From contig NMRA01000109.1 in assembly GCA_002633005.1 (NCBI GenBank), positions 1 through 50,261 on the forward strand: DNA of 50,261 nucleotides. The letters are read 5' to 3'. The stretch comes from Phoronis australis. Its lineage: Eukaryota; Animalia; Phoronida. Positions 1 through 12,552 of the stretch are shown piece after piece. Positions within the stretch are counted from its first letter, which is position 1, and every line of letters starts with the position of its first letter. The notes under the pieces were generated by a model. That model was not told the DNA's origin and ran no database searches. It saw only the letters and a list, made by a program, of their open reading frames with translations. A program made the position numbers and the translations under genes.

Positions 1-107
1 TACACATGAGTTAACTTGAACTGTGAAACAATATATATTATAGAACAAAAACGACGCTGAAAACAGTCATTTTCAACACTGTTCGAGATCCACTTATGTA
101 GATTCCA

Positions 108-812
108 TCACTCAAGTTTGTTCCATTGGGCCTCCTTATTTTTGCGAACTTCAAGCCAGACGTCAGACTTTGACTCTCGAATTCTCGTGTGCCATCCCTT
201 GTCTTTCCGAATGGAGTAGGCTCTCGCAGCTAGCTTTCCTCGTTTCTACAGGCAAATCTGTGCGGAAAACTATTCCATCCGTTACCTGTCTGTTCCAACT
301 TGCTCTCCATACTCGATCGCTGTCAAAAATTGACATAAATTTGACCACCAGTGGATCGGGCGACTCGTCGTGTTTAACTTTTCGGGGAATTCGATGAACG
401 TTTACGATAGGAAATGTACGCGCTAAGTCTGGGACTATGCCGAGAGAGCCGACCAAATCTCTCACCTTGGATTGTATGTCTTCGTTAATCCCGTCAGAGT
501 CATTCAAGCCATAAATTAGCAAGTTGTATCTCCTGTTCCTTGTCTCTTCTTCAAGGGCACTTGTTTTCAGCATTTTGACTTGTTCACTGAGACTGTCAAT
601 TTCCTGTTGTGCATTGTCCACTTTAGTGTTCAACCCATAGTCATTTGCGTTTGAATGGTGTCAATCTTCTCTATTACACCGTCAATGTTCGCACCCCAAC
701 TAGCCTCAACTCGCAAGATTATTTCCTTAATTTCTTCAGACATCTCGTCAGTAGTACTTACAGAGTCCTTTCTAAGCGCGTACGGATGTGGTTTTAGCGG
801 CATAACATTCAA
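108..812 (-). pseudogene. Non-LTR retrotransposon (LINE) ORF1 protein, frameshifted twice
   Basis: ORFs 630..812 and 163..633 plus a shifted C-terminus (KRGKLAARAYSIRKDKGWHTRIRE...WNKLE*, stop 108-110) join into one protein. It has a coiled coil followed by RRYNLLIYGL, VHRI, PDPLVVKF and TDLP motifs typical of the L1/Tx1/CR1 ORF1 RRM region. ORF2 would lie beyond the window start. Confidence 0.8.
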
Positions 813-986
813 AACGGCTCTGCTTTTGCGGAGAGATATTTAGCCGTCTATGCCGGTTCATGTTGACCGTGACCTTGACCACACCTTTTTATTCAAGGTA
901 CCAATTTGATGTTCTCTTCAACTGTATATTGAAGAGACAGTACAACCAAATTCACCAGGTAAATCAAATCCATGTTTACCAGTCAA

Positions 987-1466
987 CTCGTGAATTACGT
1001 ACTTTTTCGGTGAGAAATAGGCGTTTAAAGCATTGACTACAGTTGCTTAGCTTTTGAGATCGTCTGCACTTTAACTGAGGCCTTTTACGACTGATTCATC
1101 ACGAATCTCCATTGCATATAACAAACTGTCCACTTGGACTTCATCCTTCTCTTTGTCCAACTTTGATAACGAATGGAACCGGGACCACCGGCTGGACCAC
1201 TCTGTCCAGTGACTAGGGTCAAAGTCAAATTCGGAGGGCGGGTTAAACTTGGCCATGGCAACAGACACCTACCAGACACTAAAGTTTCACTATCTAACCA
1301 AACAATGGTAGTTAATGTTCTTTAACAGCAACAAACTGTGACTTTTTGCTGCAGCACACAATGTGCACACTGGCCACCATGTTGTATTCTCCGTGTCCCC
1401 CGATAATACAAGCGTTACATGGATAACTGAGGATAAACAGGGTTGACACAAAGTACTGATGTAACA
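987..1466 (-). mobile_element. Ty3/Gypsy 5' remnant: short putative LTR, PBS and truncated gag
   Basis: Gag-like MAKFNPPSEFDFDPSHWTEWSSRWSRF...QVDSLLYAM continues in frame through two stops to ATVVNALNAYFSPKKYVIHE and breaks near 987. A PBS-like TGGTGGCCAGTGTG (1366-1379, minus) directly follows a TGTT...AACA-bounded segment at 1380-1466. Confidence 0.7.
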
Positions 1467-1468
1467 GG

Positions 1469-2815
1469 TTCAATGCGAGCTGGGTACACGACTTTCTACT
1501 TTATGATAAGTTACTTCAATTATCAATCTTACATTTGTAGTATGTTTCAAATTGCTGTTTTCAAATATAACCATCTGTGAACATGTCATACTACTTGTCA
1601 TTCCTCTTTTTTGACTGTGTTTCATTATCTTTGTAGTAGCCTCTTGTAACTTTGATTTTTGTAAATTATGCGTTGTTATTTCTTTATAATGAAATGCCTT
1701 ATTCGAGTATTATTTTTGTATTTGTTTTGATATTTAGCTGTTCACATAAGTTGTACATGTAAATTGTGTTTCTTAAACTCTTTATGTTCAAGGTTCTTTT
1801 GTTTTGTTTGTGCATACTTAGCGACAGATTGGTTTAATAAATTTTAACACTTCACTTATTCTTTCTACTCCACAAAACAAAACCCGTTTCGCCGCCTGTT
1901 TTTTTTTTTGGGGGGGGGGGCTATCGCTTCATTTTTGGTAGAACTGAAAGGGTGAAAATATGACACAATAAGTTTCTGTGGTGGCCGTGTTTAGTGGTTT
2001 TGATGTGAAACGACTCGCAACATTATGTTCATAAAGTTTGCTTTAATTCTCCAATTGAACTGATCTTCGACAAAGCTGTTTACAATTGATGGCTTGAAGT
2101 ATATTGCCCCCCACAAGTAGCTTTTAAAAAATCGGCCATATCTATATTATAAATGTATGTCTGCAAAATGGCCCCAAGCGTTGCGGGTTTTTTGAACCAT
2201 CAATGAAATTGTTCGTTTGCCTCCATGGTTCGTGGAACATGCGTTAATTTGAAATAAATGATAGTGCACCTAGAACAATAGGGTATATCCGTTGTAAAAT
2301 ATCGGTAGATGGCACTCTGTGAAGCAATAACAACATGTCTGCGCACACAAACATCGCACGAGAGGGGTGTATGTCGGAGTGAAAGTTTAATATCTCACGG
2401 CTATTCTGACGTATAATGACTGTGTCAAGTAGAAACCATACGGACGTAGAAGCTGCTACAAAACATCTGTTTTCAGTTGACCCTGACTTTGAAGATTTCT
2501 CGTNGATTCAATGCGAGCTGGGTACACGACTTTCTACTTTATGATAAGTGACTTCAATTATCAATCTTACATTTGTAGTATGTTTCAAATTGCTGTTTTC
2601 AAATATAACCATCTGTGAACATGTCATACTACTTGTCATTCCTCTTTTTTGACTGTGTTTCATTATCTTTGTAGTAGCCTCTTGTATCTTTGATTTTTGT
2701 AAATTATGCGTTGTTATTTCTTTATAATGAAATGCCTTATTCGAGTATTATTTTTGTATTTGTTTTGATATTTAGCTGTTCACATAAGTTGTAAATTGTG
2801 TTTCTTAAACTCTTT
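1469..2815. repeat. Near-identical ~310-bp duplication (1469-1783 vs 2507-2815), probably alternative haplotypes
   Basis: Direct sequence identity. The second copy begins right after the single n at 2504 and its contig ends at the n at 3177. Confidence 0.85.
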
Positions 2816-3176
2816 CAGCCGATTTCATAAAGGTGGTTTAAAGTTAAACCAGGTTTAAACTGGACTTAGACCAGGTTTAATGATAATCTGCATTTCATAA
2901 AGGTGGTTTAACTTTTAGACCAGTGGTCTTGTAAAACCTGGTTTAACTCCAGTTTAGACCTGGTCTAAGTCAGTTTTCATTTCACCAACGAGGTCTATAT
3001 TCTTTAGACCTGTATTAAGATCTTAAACCATGTTTAACTTTAGACTTGGTCAGACCCAGGTTTAACTGTTGAATATGTCAGACTTTCATGGTATAGGTAC
3101 AACTGAACGATGTCGCGGTGTGCAATTACGACGCAGTTTTAGAGCGAAAATGGACTATTTTCATTATTTAGGTTTA
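2816..3176 (+). mobile_element. PIF/Harbinger-like DNA transposon, left end with probable transposase start
   Basis: Terminus (CAG)CCGATTTCATAAAGGTGGTTTAA and subterminal AAACCAGGTTTAA/TTAGACC repeats. ATG at 3075 gives MSDFHGIGTTERCRGVQLRRSFRAKMDYFHYL. The same terminus occurs inverted at 44511-44536 next to a Myb/SANT remnant. Confidence 0.65.
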
Positions 3177-3382
3177 NTCGAGTCAAAGTGATTGAACATA
3201 CCTGCATGCACTGTACAACCGAGCACACGAACAGGGCCGACTAGCGCATCCAAAACTTGGCAAAATTTCAAAACTTATTCAAGCTCGAGGCATGTAGAGC
3301 GAAGAATCATGGACCATGGTCTATGACATCAGGTAGCGCACGTCCTGTCAATTTATTTCATTTAGATGTCCATGAGCTACTA

Positions 3383-3726
3383 CCCAGTAAACATGCAGGT
3401 AATTGACCCAATTGTGTTGGCCAGTACCAGCCCAAAAACATTTTGCACAACCGTTCGGTACTGGGCCGGCACTGGATTGCTATTCGGGGCCAATAAAGGG
3501 CCAGTGCCAGGCCATTACTGGGCCAATATAGCACAACTGGTTTCGGTCCCATAAAGGGCCAGTATTGACACACTGTGGTGGCCCTGTCTTGGGCTACTGT
3601 TGGACCCATGTTAAGCCGATATACTAATTCCATGGGTGAAAGTGCAGTGGTGGTTCAGTACAATGCCACTATTGGACCATTAATGGTGCCTTTATAGGCC
3701 TAACGCAGGAATATTATTGTTGTGGG
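3383..3726. mobile_element. Non-autonomous CCCAG-terminus (EnSpm/CMC-like) element with subterminal repeats
   Basis: TA|CCCAGTAAACA start, many GGGCCAG/CTGGGCC short repeats in both orientations, and a TGTGGG|TA end. Confidence 0.45.
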
Positions 3727-5225
3727 TAGAATGAAACAATATATTTTTTCAAAAATCTTTAAGTTTTTAACTCCTACGACTGTGCTTTCCTAGTCTTTTC
3801 AATCCTATTCCATGACTTACTTGAAGAAAAGTCTCTTGCTCTTTAATACTGTACTTTTATAATGAAATGAACTTAGGTAAAATATCGACAAAAATGAGTA
3901 AATAACAACTACGATAAAATATCTACATAAAAACTAAGCAAATAATAACTAACAACTTCTTACAAAACTGTCTCGGGCTCGTTAGTGGACTGGGTGGCAA
4001 CTTTGACGGCTTCACGCATGTTCGTCCACCCTCCTTGTTGCCAGCGTTTCGGAGCCTGATACCCGTCTCTTTTACTATAAAGCTTGCATTAGCACGCTCC
4101 TTGATCACAATCCCTGAAATAAAACAACGCCTGCTTCGTATATCTAACAGACTCCACTATACATTTTCGCGTAATAAGTTATCCACTATCCACAAAACCA
4201 CAGTTTTATTTCAGGTGTTACCAGATATTACACTTAAGTCTTCTGGCCATTACGTTTGAAAAAAGGCACACTTTTGATCATCAGGGGCACCCAAAGGGCA
4301 AAGGTTCAAATGTGGTCAGGAATGTCCCTGTAATATGAGTGTGAGGAAGGTGCACACAGGTTTTAAGGATTTAGAACCGACAGTTGAAGCTGGGAGCTTA
4401 GGCTCGGCAAAGTTTTAGTGTCCAACCTTTATGTTTCTATACGCTTAACTTATGGGTCATCGGCAAATTTGTCGGCCTGGGGTATAAATCACAGGCCTCC
4501 TCAACTTCTGATCATCCCCAATACAAGGCATGACACGGGAAATCCAATGGGCATGGGTGCTTCACTTCAGCCGTCCATATCTACCACAAATCTCAATATA
4601 CTTGCACAAAATGGGAGTTCAACCAACCATGAGCAATTTTTCTTTCTTCTAATGCCGCATTTACAGCGTCGTGCTCCATTGAGTCCGCAAGAAATTCGCA
4701 ATCAAAACACAAAACTCTCCCCAAAAGCCTGATGCGTCGCTATTTCTGAGTATGTCACGCAAGTTGGTTCATCGTCAGGTACAGTACGCCGAATTACCAG
4801 ACGAGTTACGGGTAGATAACCTGCCCTAATGACTGAACCGGCATATATATAATATACCATTTGCCAATGTAAACCCATCCACATTTTTGGAACACTTCAC
4901 TTACACGGCTTACAGTCAGCTAGATGTATATTTTACAGCACCATTGTATTGTTATTCGTACGAGTGTGTTTGGTCGGTTTGATCGGTTCCGTCTGAGTCG
5001 TTGTATTGTCGACTGCGGATTAAACACGTTACTAAACTTACTACTTGTGACGGGACGTTCGTAACTTTACGCTTATTGTTATTCTTATTTAGTTGCACAT
5101 GTTCAGTTATTCTTATGCTAATGTCTTTGTTGCGTCTCAGTGCGCCTTTGTTACGTGGGCATGCGGGCGCGACTGTATGTGTCGGGCACTTCGCTAGCGA
5201 CAGGCTTAGGAGGAGGGTGTTTCCT

Positions 5226-6470
5226 TCATTTGCCTACATGAAATTGATCGTTATCATGTGTAACTGAATTGAACGTATGCCTGATGAGGTGAAATACACA
5301 TTTTTGATGCTCAGTGGAGACTTGCTCTGTTACATACTCATCGCTTAGTTTATCTGGCGCAGATTTGCACCAAGACCAACCCATGGGCTGATAGTCGTAC
5401 GTATTGCACATGTTCACATAAAAGTCGATGAATAACCGTACGTGTCAACATTTTTTTACACACTGCACCAATATGATGAAGTGAAAACACGTTTTAATGA
5501 TTTCACTTTCTCGTGAAGTTAACATTTTATTGCCACTTAATACTACAAATTTCGTCACCATCACCGACGATGAGCGGAGGTTAGAAATTGGAAACTGGCC
5601 CCAGGGCGAGTCTTTCGGTTTCTATTGATTAACCTCCCGATTTTTATGCTCGTCAAACAAATTTCGTAAAAATAATTAACTACAATTGAGTGTAGTCTCT
5701 GCAACTGAGTGCACATAACTGATTTTCAATAATTGATCTTCATCAAATAGTTCTCTGATCTAAATTCCAATGTTGACGACAGGAGCCACTGAATAATAGA
5801 CATCTTAGGCTTACAGACTTCGTCTTCTTGTACTGGCTACTCACATTTCAGTAAGGCGCGAGTCACCAATTATTCCCACCTTTACTGGCTTTTGCTTAAC
5901 AGTTTTATCAACCAGGTTCTATCCTCGCTGTTGTTGCGAAAATTACCCTGATACACCCGAACAGTCCGACCGCAACTAAGAGGGGAGTAGGCACCCGGTT
6001 GGAAACCGGACGCTGAAACTTTATGTGACCGCATTGTTGCACTTGCTTTAAGTCGGCTTCATGCGCGCACCCAGCCGTCAATATGGGGGGCTCGAATTCC
6101 TGACTTTGTGGCCATTTTGGTAACAAAAAAGCGGGCGGACTAAAAGACGGGGGCACCACTGTGAATTGCGCATTTGCGCATGTTTAATGGACTTATGCCT
6201 CATTTTCTGGGACGTTTTGTCTCTAGGAGGCGGGCCTTTTTGCCCACTTCGCCAAATGGGGGGATGGGGGGAACTCGTTTGAGCCCGAGCCCCCCCCCCT
6301 AGGTGCGCGCATGGGCTTGGGATTTCTTTGGAAGCTAGAGATGAATAGTTTGAAGTCCACAAGATGATACTTGCTAGCTTCAATCTTGGAGGAATAAATT
6401 GCAAAGTTATACCACATATTTCAGAAACAGGACCTCCGAAAACAGACCAGTGACCTTAACTCACTACGTT
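5226..6470 (-). pseudogene. Decayed intronless reading frame of unknown family, interrupted by a MITE
   Basis: Removing MITE 6060-6313 and one TSD gives ICGITLQFIP...LWTSNY...PSRLKAS...SASGFQPGAYSPL. After a shift, one frame runs 5895-5226 (KVGIIGDSRL...HQKCVFHL) with scattered stops. Motifs are shared with 16000-17550. Confidence 0.4.
6060..6313. mobile_element. MITE with CATGCGCGCACC terminal inverted repeats
   Basis: Perfect 12-bp TIRs, flanked by a GGCTT direct repeat (6055-6059 and 6314-6318). Confidence 0.85.
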
Positions 6471-7473
6471 GCGCAGTTCGTTCTTGCTGACCACAGCAAC
6501 GATCCCGCACGTACATGTACTGATACAAGTACAGCTTCTTAGCTGCATCGTTATGTGGGAGGTTATCGTAAAGTCTGTGCTTTCAATCAAATATCTACAA
6601 AACTACAAAATTCAACTCTGTAATGCACATATTTTCTGAATGTTGAAAGGCATAACATTTTATCTTTTAGTTTGTCTTTATATTAACCGGTCATTGTTGG
6701 GGCTCGTGGCCATGTCTTCTCTGTAAAGATTAGTGAGTAGAAAGGTACAGTCATAGCAAAACGTCATCAATAATATGGCCAACTCTGGTTTGACAAAAAT
6801 ATCCTGGAGGAAATTTCATGAACACTGTAGAGTTTTCTAAGGTATCATTTACTTTTCGTTTACACGACTTTAGATTTTTTAACAACAGAAGTCCTGTGGC
6901 AGAAGTGGACCACTTTAAAAAATTTTGCACTTAGTGCATAACGTAATGTACTATTAGGAAGTTTCGTTTCAGTCCGAGAGTGGACAAATTTGGACATTTC
7001 TCTGAGGTCTTACACAACACACATTAAAAATACGCATAAATGAAATGGTTTTAAATCCATGTCCAATGCTATGGGCGCTCATTTTTATGCTCAATCGTTT
7101 TGTCTTCAGAGGAGGACAACTTTAAGACCACGGTCCTGCAATGGGACCATTTTGAAGACACTACCACCCTTATGGAACTGTTTGTGACTGTGCGTCTAAT
7201 ATGCCTTATGTCTTTTGGATTTGAAGCATCTGAATGTGAGTTCTTTCTGTGCACTACTTTTATATAAACTAGCCCTCAGGTTGTAAGCAGGATGCATCGT
7301 TAGAACAGTGTTCTACCTTCAGCTGGTGGTTCTCGCTGATATTAGAGTGGTCACCGAATTCCGTTACAGCAGTTTCAACAGGTGCACCTCTAGGAAAAAA
7401 AACGAACGTGACTTACTAAATTTCCACCTGCAATGAAATTAGAGCTACATTGTACATGTGAGTTCGTTTATAG

Positions 7474-7758
7474 TGCCAAACTACACCTGTAAAGTTAATG
7501 TCAAGGGACTCGGGTACAAAGGTAACGTTGCAAAGGGGATTTTGGGAGAAAACTGCAGAAAGTGTTCGAGTCCGGAAGTTCAGAGGCATATGACAAAATC
7601 TCGCCGCATATCTAATGCCTACGCCAGTTGAGAAAGAAGTGTTCAGTCTTCGAACTTTTGCCGGAATCCGGACGGTGAAGTACGTGGCCCATGGTGCTAC
7701 ATAGAAGGAGAAGCTATACCGTCATTCCGATTTTGTGATATTAAAATCTGTGAAAAGA
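7474..7758 (+). pseudogene. Kringle-domain exon (phase 1-1) with in-frame TGA, copy 1
   Basis: Bounded by tttatag and gtaagt, 285 bp. Encodes PNYTCKVNVKGLGYKGNVAKGILGENCRKC...YAS*ERSVQSSNFCRNPDGEVRGPWCYIEG...FCDIKIC. NFCRNPD/PWCY/CDI-C is the kringle signature. TGA at 7629-7631. Confidence 0.85.
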
Positions 7759-9053
7759 GTAAGTAAACATTATTGAAAAAGGGGCTGCTGGTGCTGGAAT
7801 TTTAAGNTGTCTCTAGGAGGCGGGCCTTTTTGCCCACTTCGCCAAATGGGGGGATGGGGGGAACTCGTTTGAGCCCGAGCCCCCCCCCCCTAGGTGTGTG
7901 CATGGGCTTGGGATTTCTTTGGAAGCTAGAGATGAATAGTTTGAAGTCCACAAGATGACACTTGCTAGCTTCAATCTTGGAGGAATAAATTGCAAAGTTA
8001 TACCACATGTTTCAGAAACAGGACCTCCGAAAACAGACCAGTGACCTTAACTCACTACGTTGCGCAGTTCGTTCTTGCTGACCACAGCAACGATCCCGCA
8101 CGTACATGTACTGATACAAGTACAGCTTCTTAGCTGCATCGTTATGTGGGACGTTATCGTAAAGTCTGTGCTTTCAATCAAATATCTACAAAACTATAAA
8201 ATTCAACTCTGTAATGCACATATTTTCTGAATGTTGAAAGGCATAACATTTTATCTTTTAGTTTGTCTTTATATTAACCGGTCGTTGTTGGGGCTCGTGG
8301 CCATGTCTTCTCTGTAAAGATTAGTGAGTAGAAAGGTACAGTCATAGCAAAACGTCATCAATAATATGGCCAACTTTGGTTTTACAAAAATATCCTGGAG
8401 GAAATTTTATGAACACTGTAGAGTTTTCTAAGTTATCATTTACTTTTCGTTTACACGTTTAGATTTTTTTAACAACAGAAGTCCTGTGGCAGAAGTGGAC
8501 CACTTTAAAAAATTTTGCACTGAGTGCATAACGTAATGTACTATTAGGAAGTATCGTTTCAGTCAGAGAGTGGAAAAATTTGGACATTTCTCTGAGGTCT
8601 TACACAAAAAACATTAAAAATACGCATAAATGAAATGGTTTTCAATCCATGTCCGATGCTATGGGCGCTCATTTTTATGCTCAATCGTTTTGTCTTCAGA
8701 GGAGGAGAACTGCAATGGGACCATTTTGAAGACACTACCACCCTTATGGAACTGTTTGTGACTGTGCGTCTAATATGCCTTATGTCTTTTGGATTTGAAG
8801 CAGCTGAATGTGAGTTCTTTCTGTGCACTACTTTTATATAAACTAGCCCTCAGGTTGTAAACAGGATGCATCGTTAGAACAGTGTTCTACCTTCAACTGG
8901 TGGTTCTCGCTGATATTAGAGTGGTCACCGAATTCCGTTACAGCAGTTTCAAGTTAAACAGGTGCACCTCTAGGAAAAAAAACGAACGTGACTTACTAAA
9001 TTTCCACCTGTAATGAAATTAAAGCTACATTGTACATGTGAGTTCGTTTATAG

Positions 9054-9338
9054 TGCCAAACTACACCTGTAAAGTTAATGTCAAGGGACTCGGGTACAAA
9101 GGTAACGTTGCAAAGGGGATTTCGGGAGAAAACTGCAGAAAGTGTTCGAGTCCGGAAGTTCAGAGGCATATGACAAAATCTCGCAGCATATCTAATGCCT
9201 ACGCCAGTTGAGAAAGAAGTGTTCAGTCTTCGAACTTTTGCCGGAATCCGGACGGTGAAGTACGTGGCCCATGGTGCTACATAGAAGGAGAAGCTATACC
9301 GACCTTCCGATTTTGTGATATTAAAATCTGTGAAAAGA
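9054..9338 (+). pseudogene. Kringle-domain exon with in-frame TGA, copy 2 (probably allelic)
   Basis: Same splice sites and kringle signature. TGA at 9209-9211. Confidence 0.85.
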
Positions 9339-9437
9339 GTAAGTAAACATTATTGAAAAAGGGGCTGCTGGTGCTGGAATTTTAAGCTCCATTCAAAAAA
9401 AACCCGGAAATCACTGAAAACACTGTTAACGCATTAT

Positions 9438-9671
9438 CATGCGCGCACCCGGGGGGGGGGCTCAGGGGGCTCAAAGGAGCCCCCCCCCATTTGGCGAAGT
9501 GGGCAAAAAGGTCCGCCTCTGAGAGACAAAAAGTCCGGGAAAATGAGACAAAAGTCCACTGAACAAGAGCAAACGCGCAATTCACAGTGGTGCTCCGCCC
9601 GCTTTTTGTTAGAAAATAGGTACACGTCAGCAATTCGAGCCCCCCTATTGAAGGCTGTGGGTGCGCGCATG
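9438..9671. mobile_element. MITE of the CATGCGCGCACC family, inverted relative to 6060-6313
   Basis: Same TIRs. The internal sequence is the diverged reverse complement of 6060-6313. No clear TSD. Confidence 0.85.
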
Positions 9672-12552
9672 ATACCTCTCTGCGACTTGAATTCCGAAGA
9701 GCTTGCATTCTGTGGAAGTTACGTAATGTTCACGAGTGGAAGATTTTCATCCATTGTCCGCCATTTAAAGTGGATGTTAAATGGCCATAATAACGAGGAA
9801 GTTCGACAAAGGGGTCGCATATTCAGACGGAATATTAGCACTACTGAAGTGCGTTACTAGTCATACTATTCAGCAAACTAGTTAGTTTTGCTCATATATG
9901 TAGATAACAAATTTCATGCCACCAGGGGCATTTGGACGGTCTACAACGAATATTATGTTACAAGCAAGGGATCTCATGACGTAAATTGAAAACAACTAGA
10001 ACATTCATGGTTGCACGATGCGGACAACGATAGATTGCGAGTGTCTTTGATTAATTAAAAATTTATGTGAAATAAACAGAAAACTAGCTGGAACTAGCGA
10101 AGCACGGTTACCAACTTGTGTAAGGGAATCAGCTTTTGTGCCGGGCCTCCTGCCCCCCAAATGCGGTTTTGCACGAAGAATATACACGCAATGTTAATTT
10201 ATTACCATACATCAAATTCACATGTACATGTATATTTATGAATGTATGTTTCACATGTTCGATCGGGTTCATATAAGATTAGCGTTCGTAGGCAGAAAAT
10301 TCTTTGCTCCCTCTTTTCCAGTTATGAAGATGAAGTTTTCAGCCAGTAATCGAGATTTTTAAATAATTATTTACAAAAAGCCATTTATAATCTTGATTTG
10401 CTTTTGTAGTAAACAGTACCTGTAAAAGTGAAAAGAAAAACAACGATCAAGTATACTTGGTAGCCATTTTCAGAATACATCATTGTTTACCACGGCCAAG
10501 TTTAACCTGTCTATACAACATGTTTGAGTACACTAATGCTAGGACCTCACAAAAATCTAGCCAAAATAACGCGTTCTCATTAAAATACACGGCAACATCT
10601 CAGATAAACTCGCGAAGTCTTGTTTTAGCGTTACTGAACTCATTCAGGGCTAGTTTGCCTGTGCTTCCATCAGGTTTGGGAAACCTGTAACATTCGGGCA
10701 CTTTTGGACCATAACAAAGAATGGCTGCCAGGTCGAGTCCAGTCCAGTTAGGTCTTTCTGACAGGTTTGGATTTTTCAGTTGTGGAGAACACTGACTATG
10801 TGGCATGTCACACACAACAACATGAAAGTGTCACGCATGAAGACAATGTGATTCTAAACGTGACCAAACTTAACTTGAACTAACCATTAAAATATGGTTT
10901 CCAGGGAGATTATGTCATTCTGTACCAGTCCAATGAGGCAAAGAAGGACCTACGTGTAGATATACACCGTAAGCACCTGACCTGCTGGGGGGGACTCCGA
11001 ACACTTGTTTTCACCCTCCTTATTTACAATTGAATTTGAACCCAATATGCAAAAATGTTGTGATCGCTTGTTTATGACCATTAAAATTCCAAAGCAGGAC
11101 TGATTCTACATCAGGACTCGCGTAACGAACGCCAAAATGAATGGTTATAACGGGAAACACCAATATTTTAAACATTCGACTCTCTGGGTTAGTATATTGT
11201 AGGCCTACGGAGACAATTAAAAGCAAACCCCGGCGTGAATATGGGCCTTGGTTCACTTTCTGCAAAAATGGGCAAAAAGTGGAATTACATGTACATGTGT
11301 CTGTGGCACTGCACTAAAGACTGGAATAAAGGTTGAGTTCATGGCCACTCTGTTATGAGTACTTTTACCGGGAAGAATAAGCGAGGAACTCGCACAGTCC
11401 CCTCGTCGTGGTTTCGCTGTAGGTATCCACGAAGTACGTAGTCTACGCGATCGCAGTACACGGATCACGCCTGTGCGGTGGCGAACGCCTGTGCGCATAA
11501 AATACCTAGACCGACCCTTCGCTTGACTCGAATTTCGAAAAAATATTCTACGTTGACTTCGCTTCTTCGATTCTTCTCGAAGCCAAATATTGAGCATGCA
11601 ACCTACTAGGCATCAACTCAAACGCAAGCCGCGGACGAATATCCCCGAATAGTCATTTGTCTTCGAAAAAAAAGCGCGTTCGTCGGATTGACTGAAGCCA
11701 CGACTCGGCAAGACAAATAAAAAAAACAGAGCCCAGCGCGTTTTCTCTTGCGGTAACGAATAGGAAGGAGGCGTCGGGCAAGGGCGGGTGTCTTGGACGG
11801 ATTCGAAACCAACATCCGGGTCCGAAATAATTGTTTTAATATATAGATTGTCTATAATGACACAATTAGCGCATCGCATGACTTGGCTTGAGCGGCTTTG
11901 TCATGGCAACTATTCAATTTGAATTTCATGAGATTGTAATATGTTAAACGAGCTTTCGATTTCAGATGGAAAATATCTTTTTCTGTTGTTTACGGTAAAA
12001 CGCCCACTCATTTTTAAATCATGGCCCAAGTGAAAAAGGCCACAGGATACTTAGAAATGAAAATCTGATTTGCAAGATACGCCACACCCAACCACTAAAT
12101 TCAACAAGTCTAGTCTTAAAACTATAAGAAGTTGCATTTCGAAAAGTACATGACCTAGGAGTTGCACTTTAAAAACTAGAGTACGTTTGGCATAGACGTC
12201 TCCTTCATCATATTAAACGAATACCAAACCCGATTTTGGCCCAATAACCGAGATACCAAACACGACTTTCCCGTTGAGTTCTACGAAACGAAATAATGCT
12301 ACGTAACCCCCGACAATCCTCAAAAGTTTGGAAGAAAATTTGAAAGTCTGCTAAACGTGCAAGCGTGACTTACGCTTTTAGCAAATTACATGGCAACTGT
12401 GGGAAAAGACCACCCACCACGGACTATGATGTCCAATTTGTGAAATAGTGGGTGTGAGTTTTCAGTTGATTCCCGCTTTTGACTTTCAAAATTGACGCCA
12501 GATGACAGAACCAGGATTGGTTGAAACCACGAAAACAGGGTTTAGTATTCAC

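Larger units (their letters stand above)
6218..9386. repeat. ~1.58-kb tandem duplication (about 6218-7806 vs 7808-9386), likely uncollapsed alleles
   Basis: The copies are near-identical with scattered SNPs and small indels, and are joined at a single n (7807). Confidence 0.85.

Noticed and set aside
5845-5895. SGNH/GDSL esterase call from KVGIIGDS
   Set aside because: Only block I is visible; no convincing GxND or DxxH motifs were found.
7629-7631. Selenocysteine or readthrough at the kringle TGA
   Set aside because: The position is not a kringle cysteine, no SECIS was identified, and a conserved Trp is also lost. A nonsense mutation is simpler.
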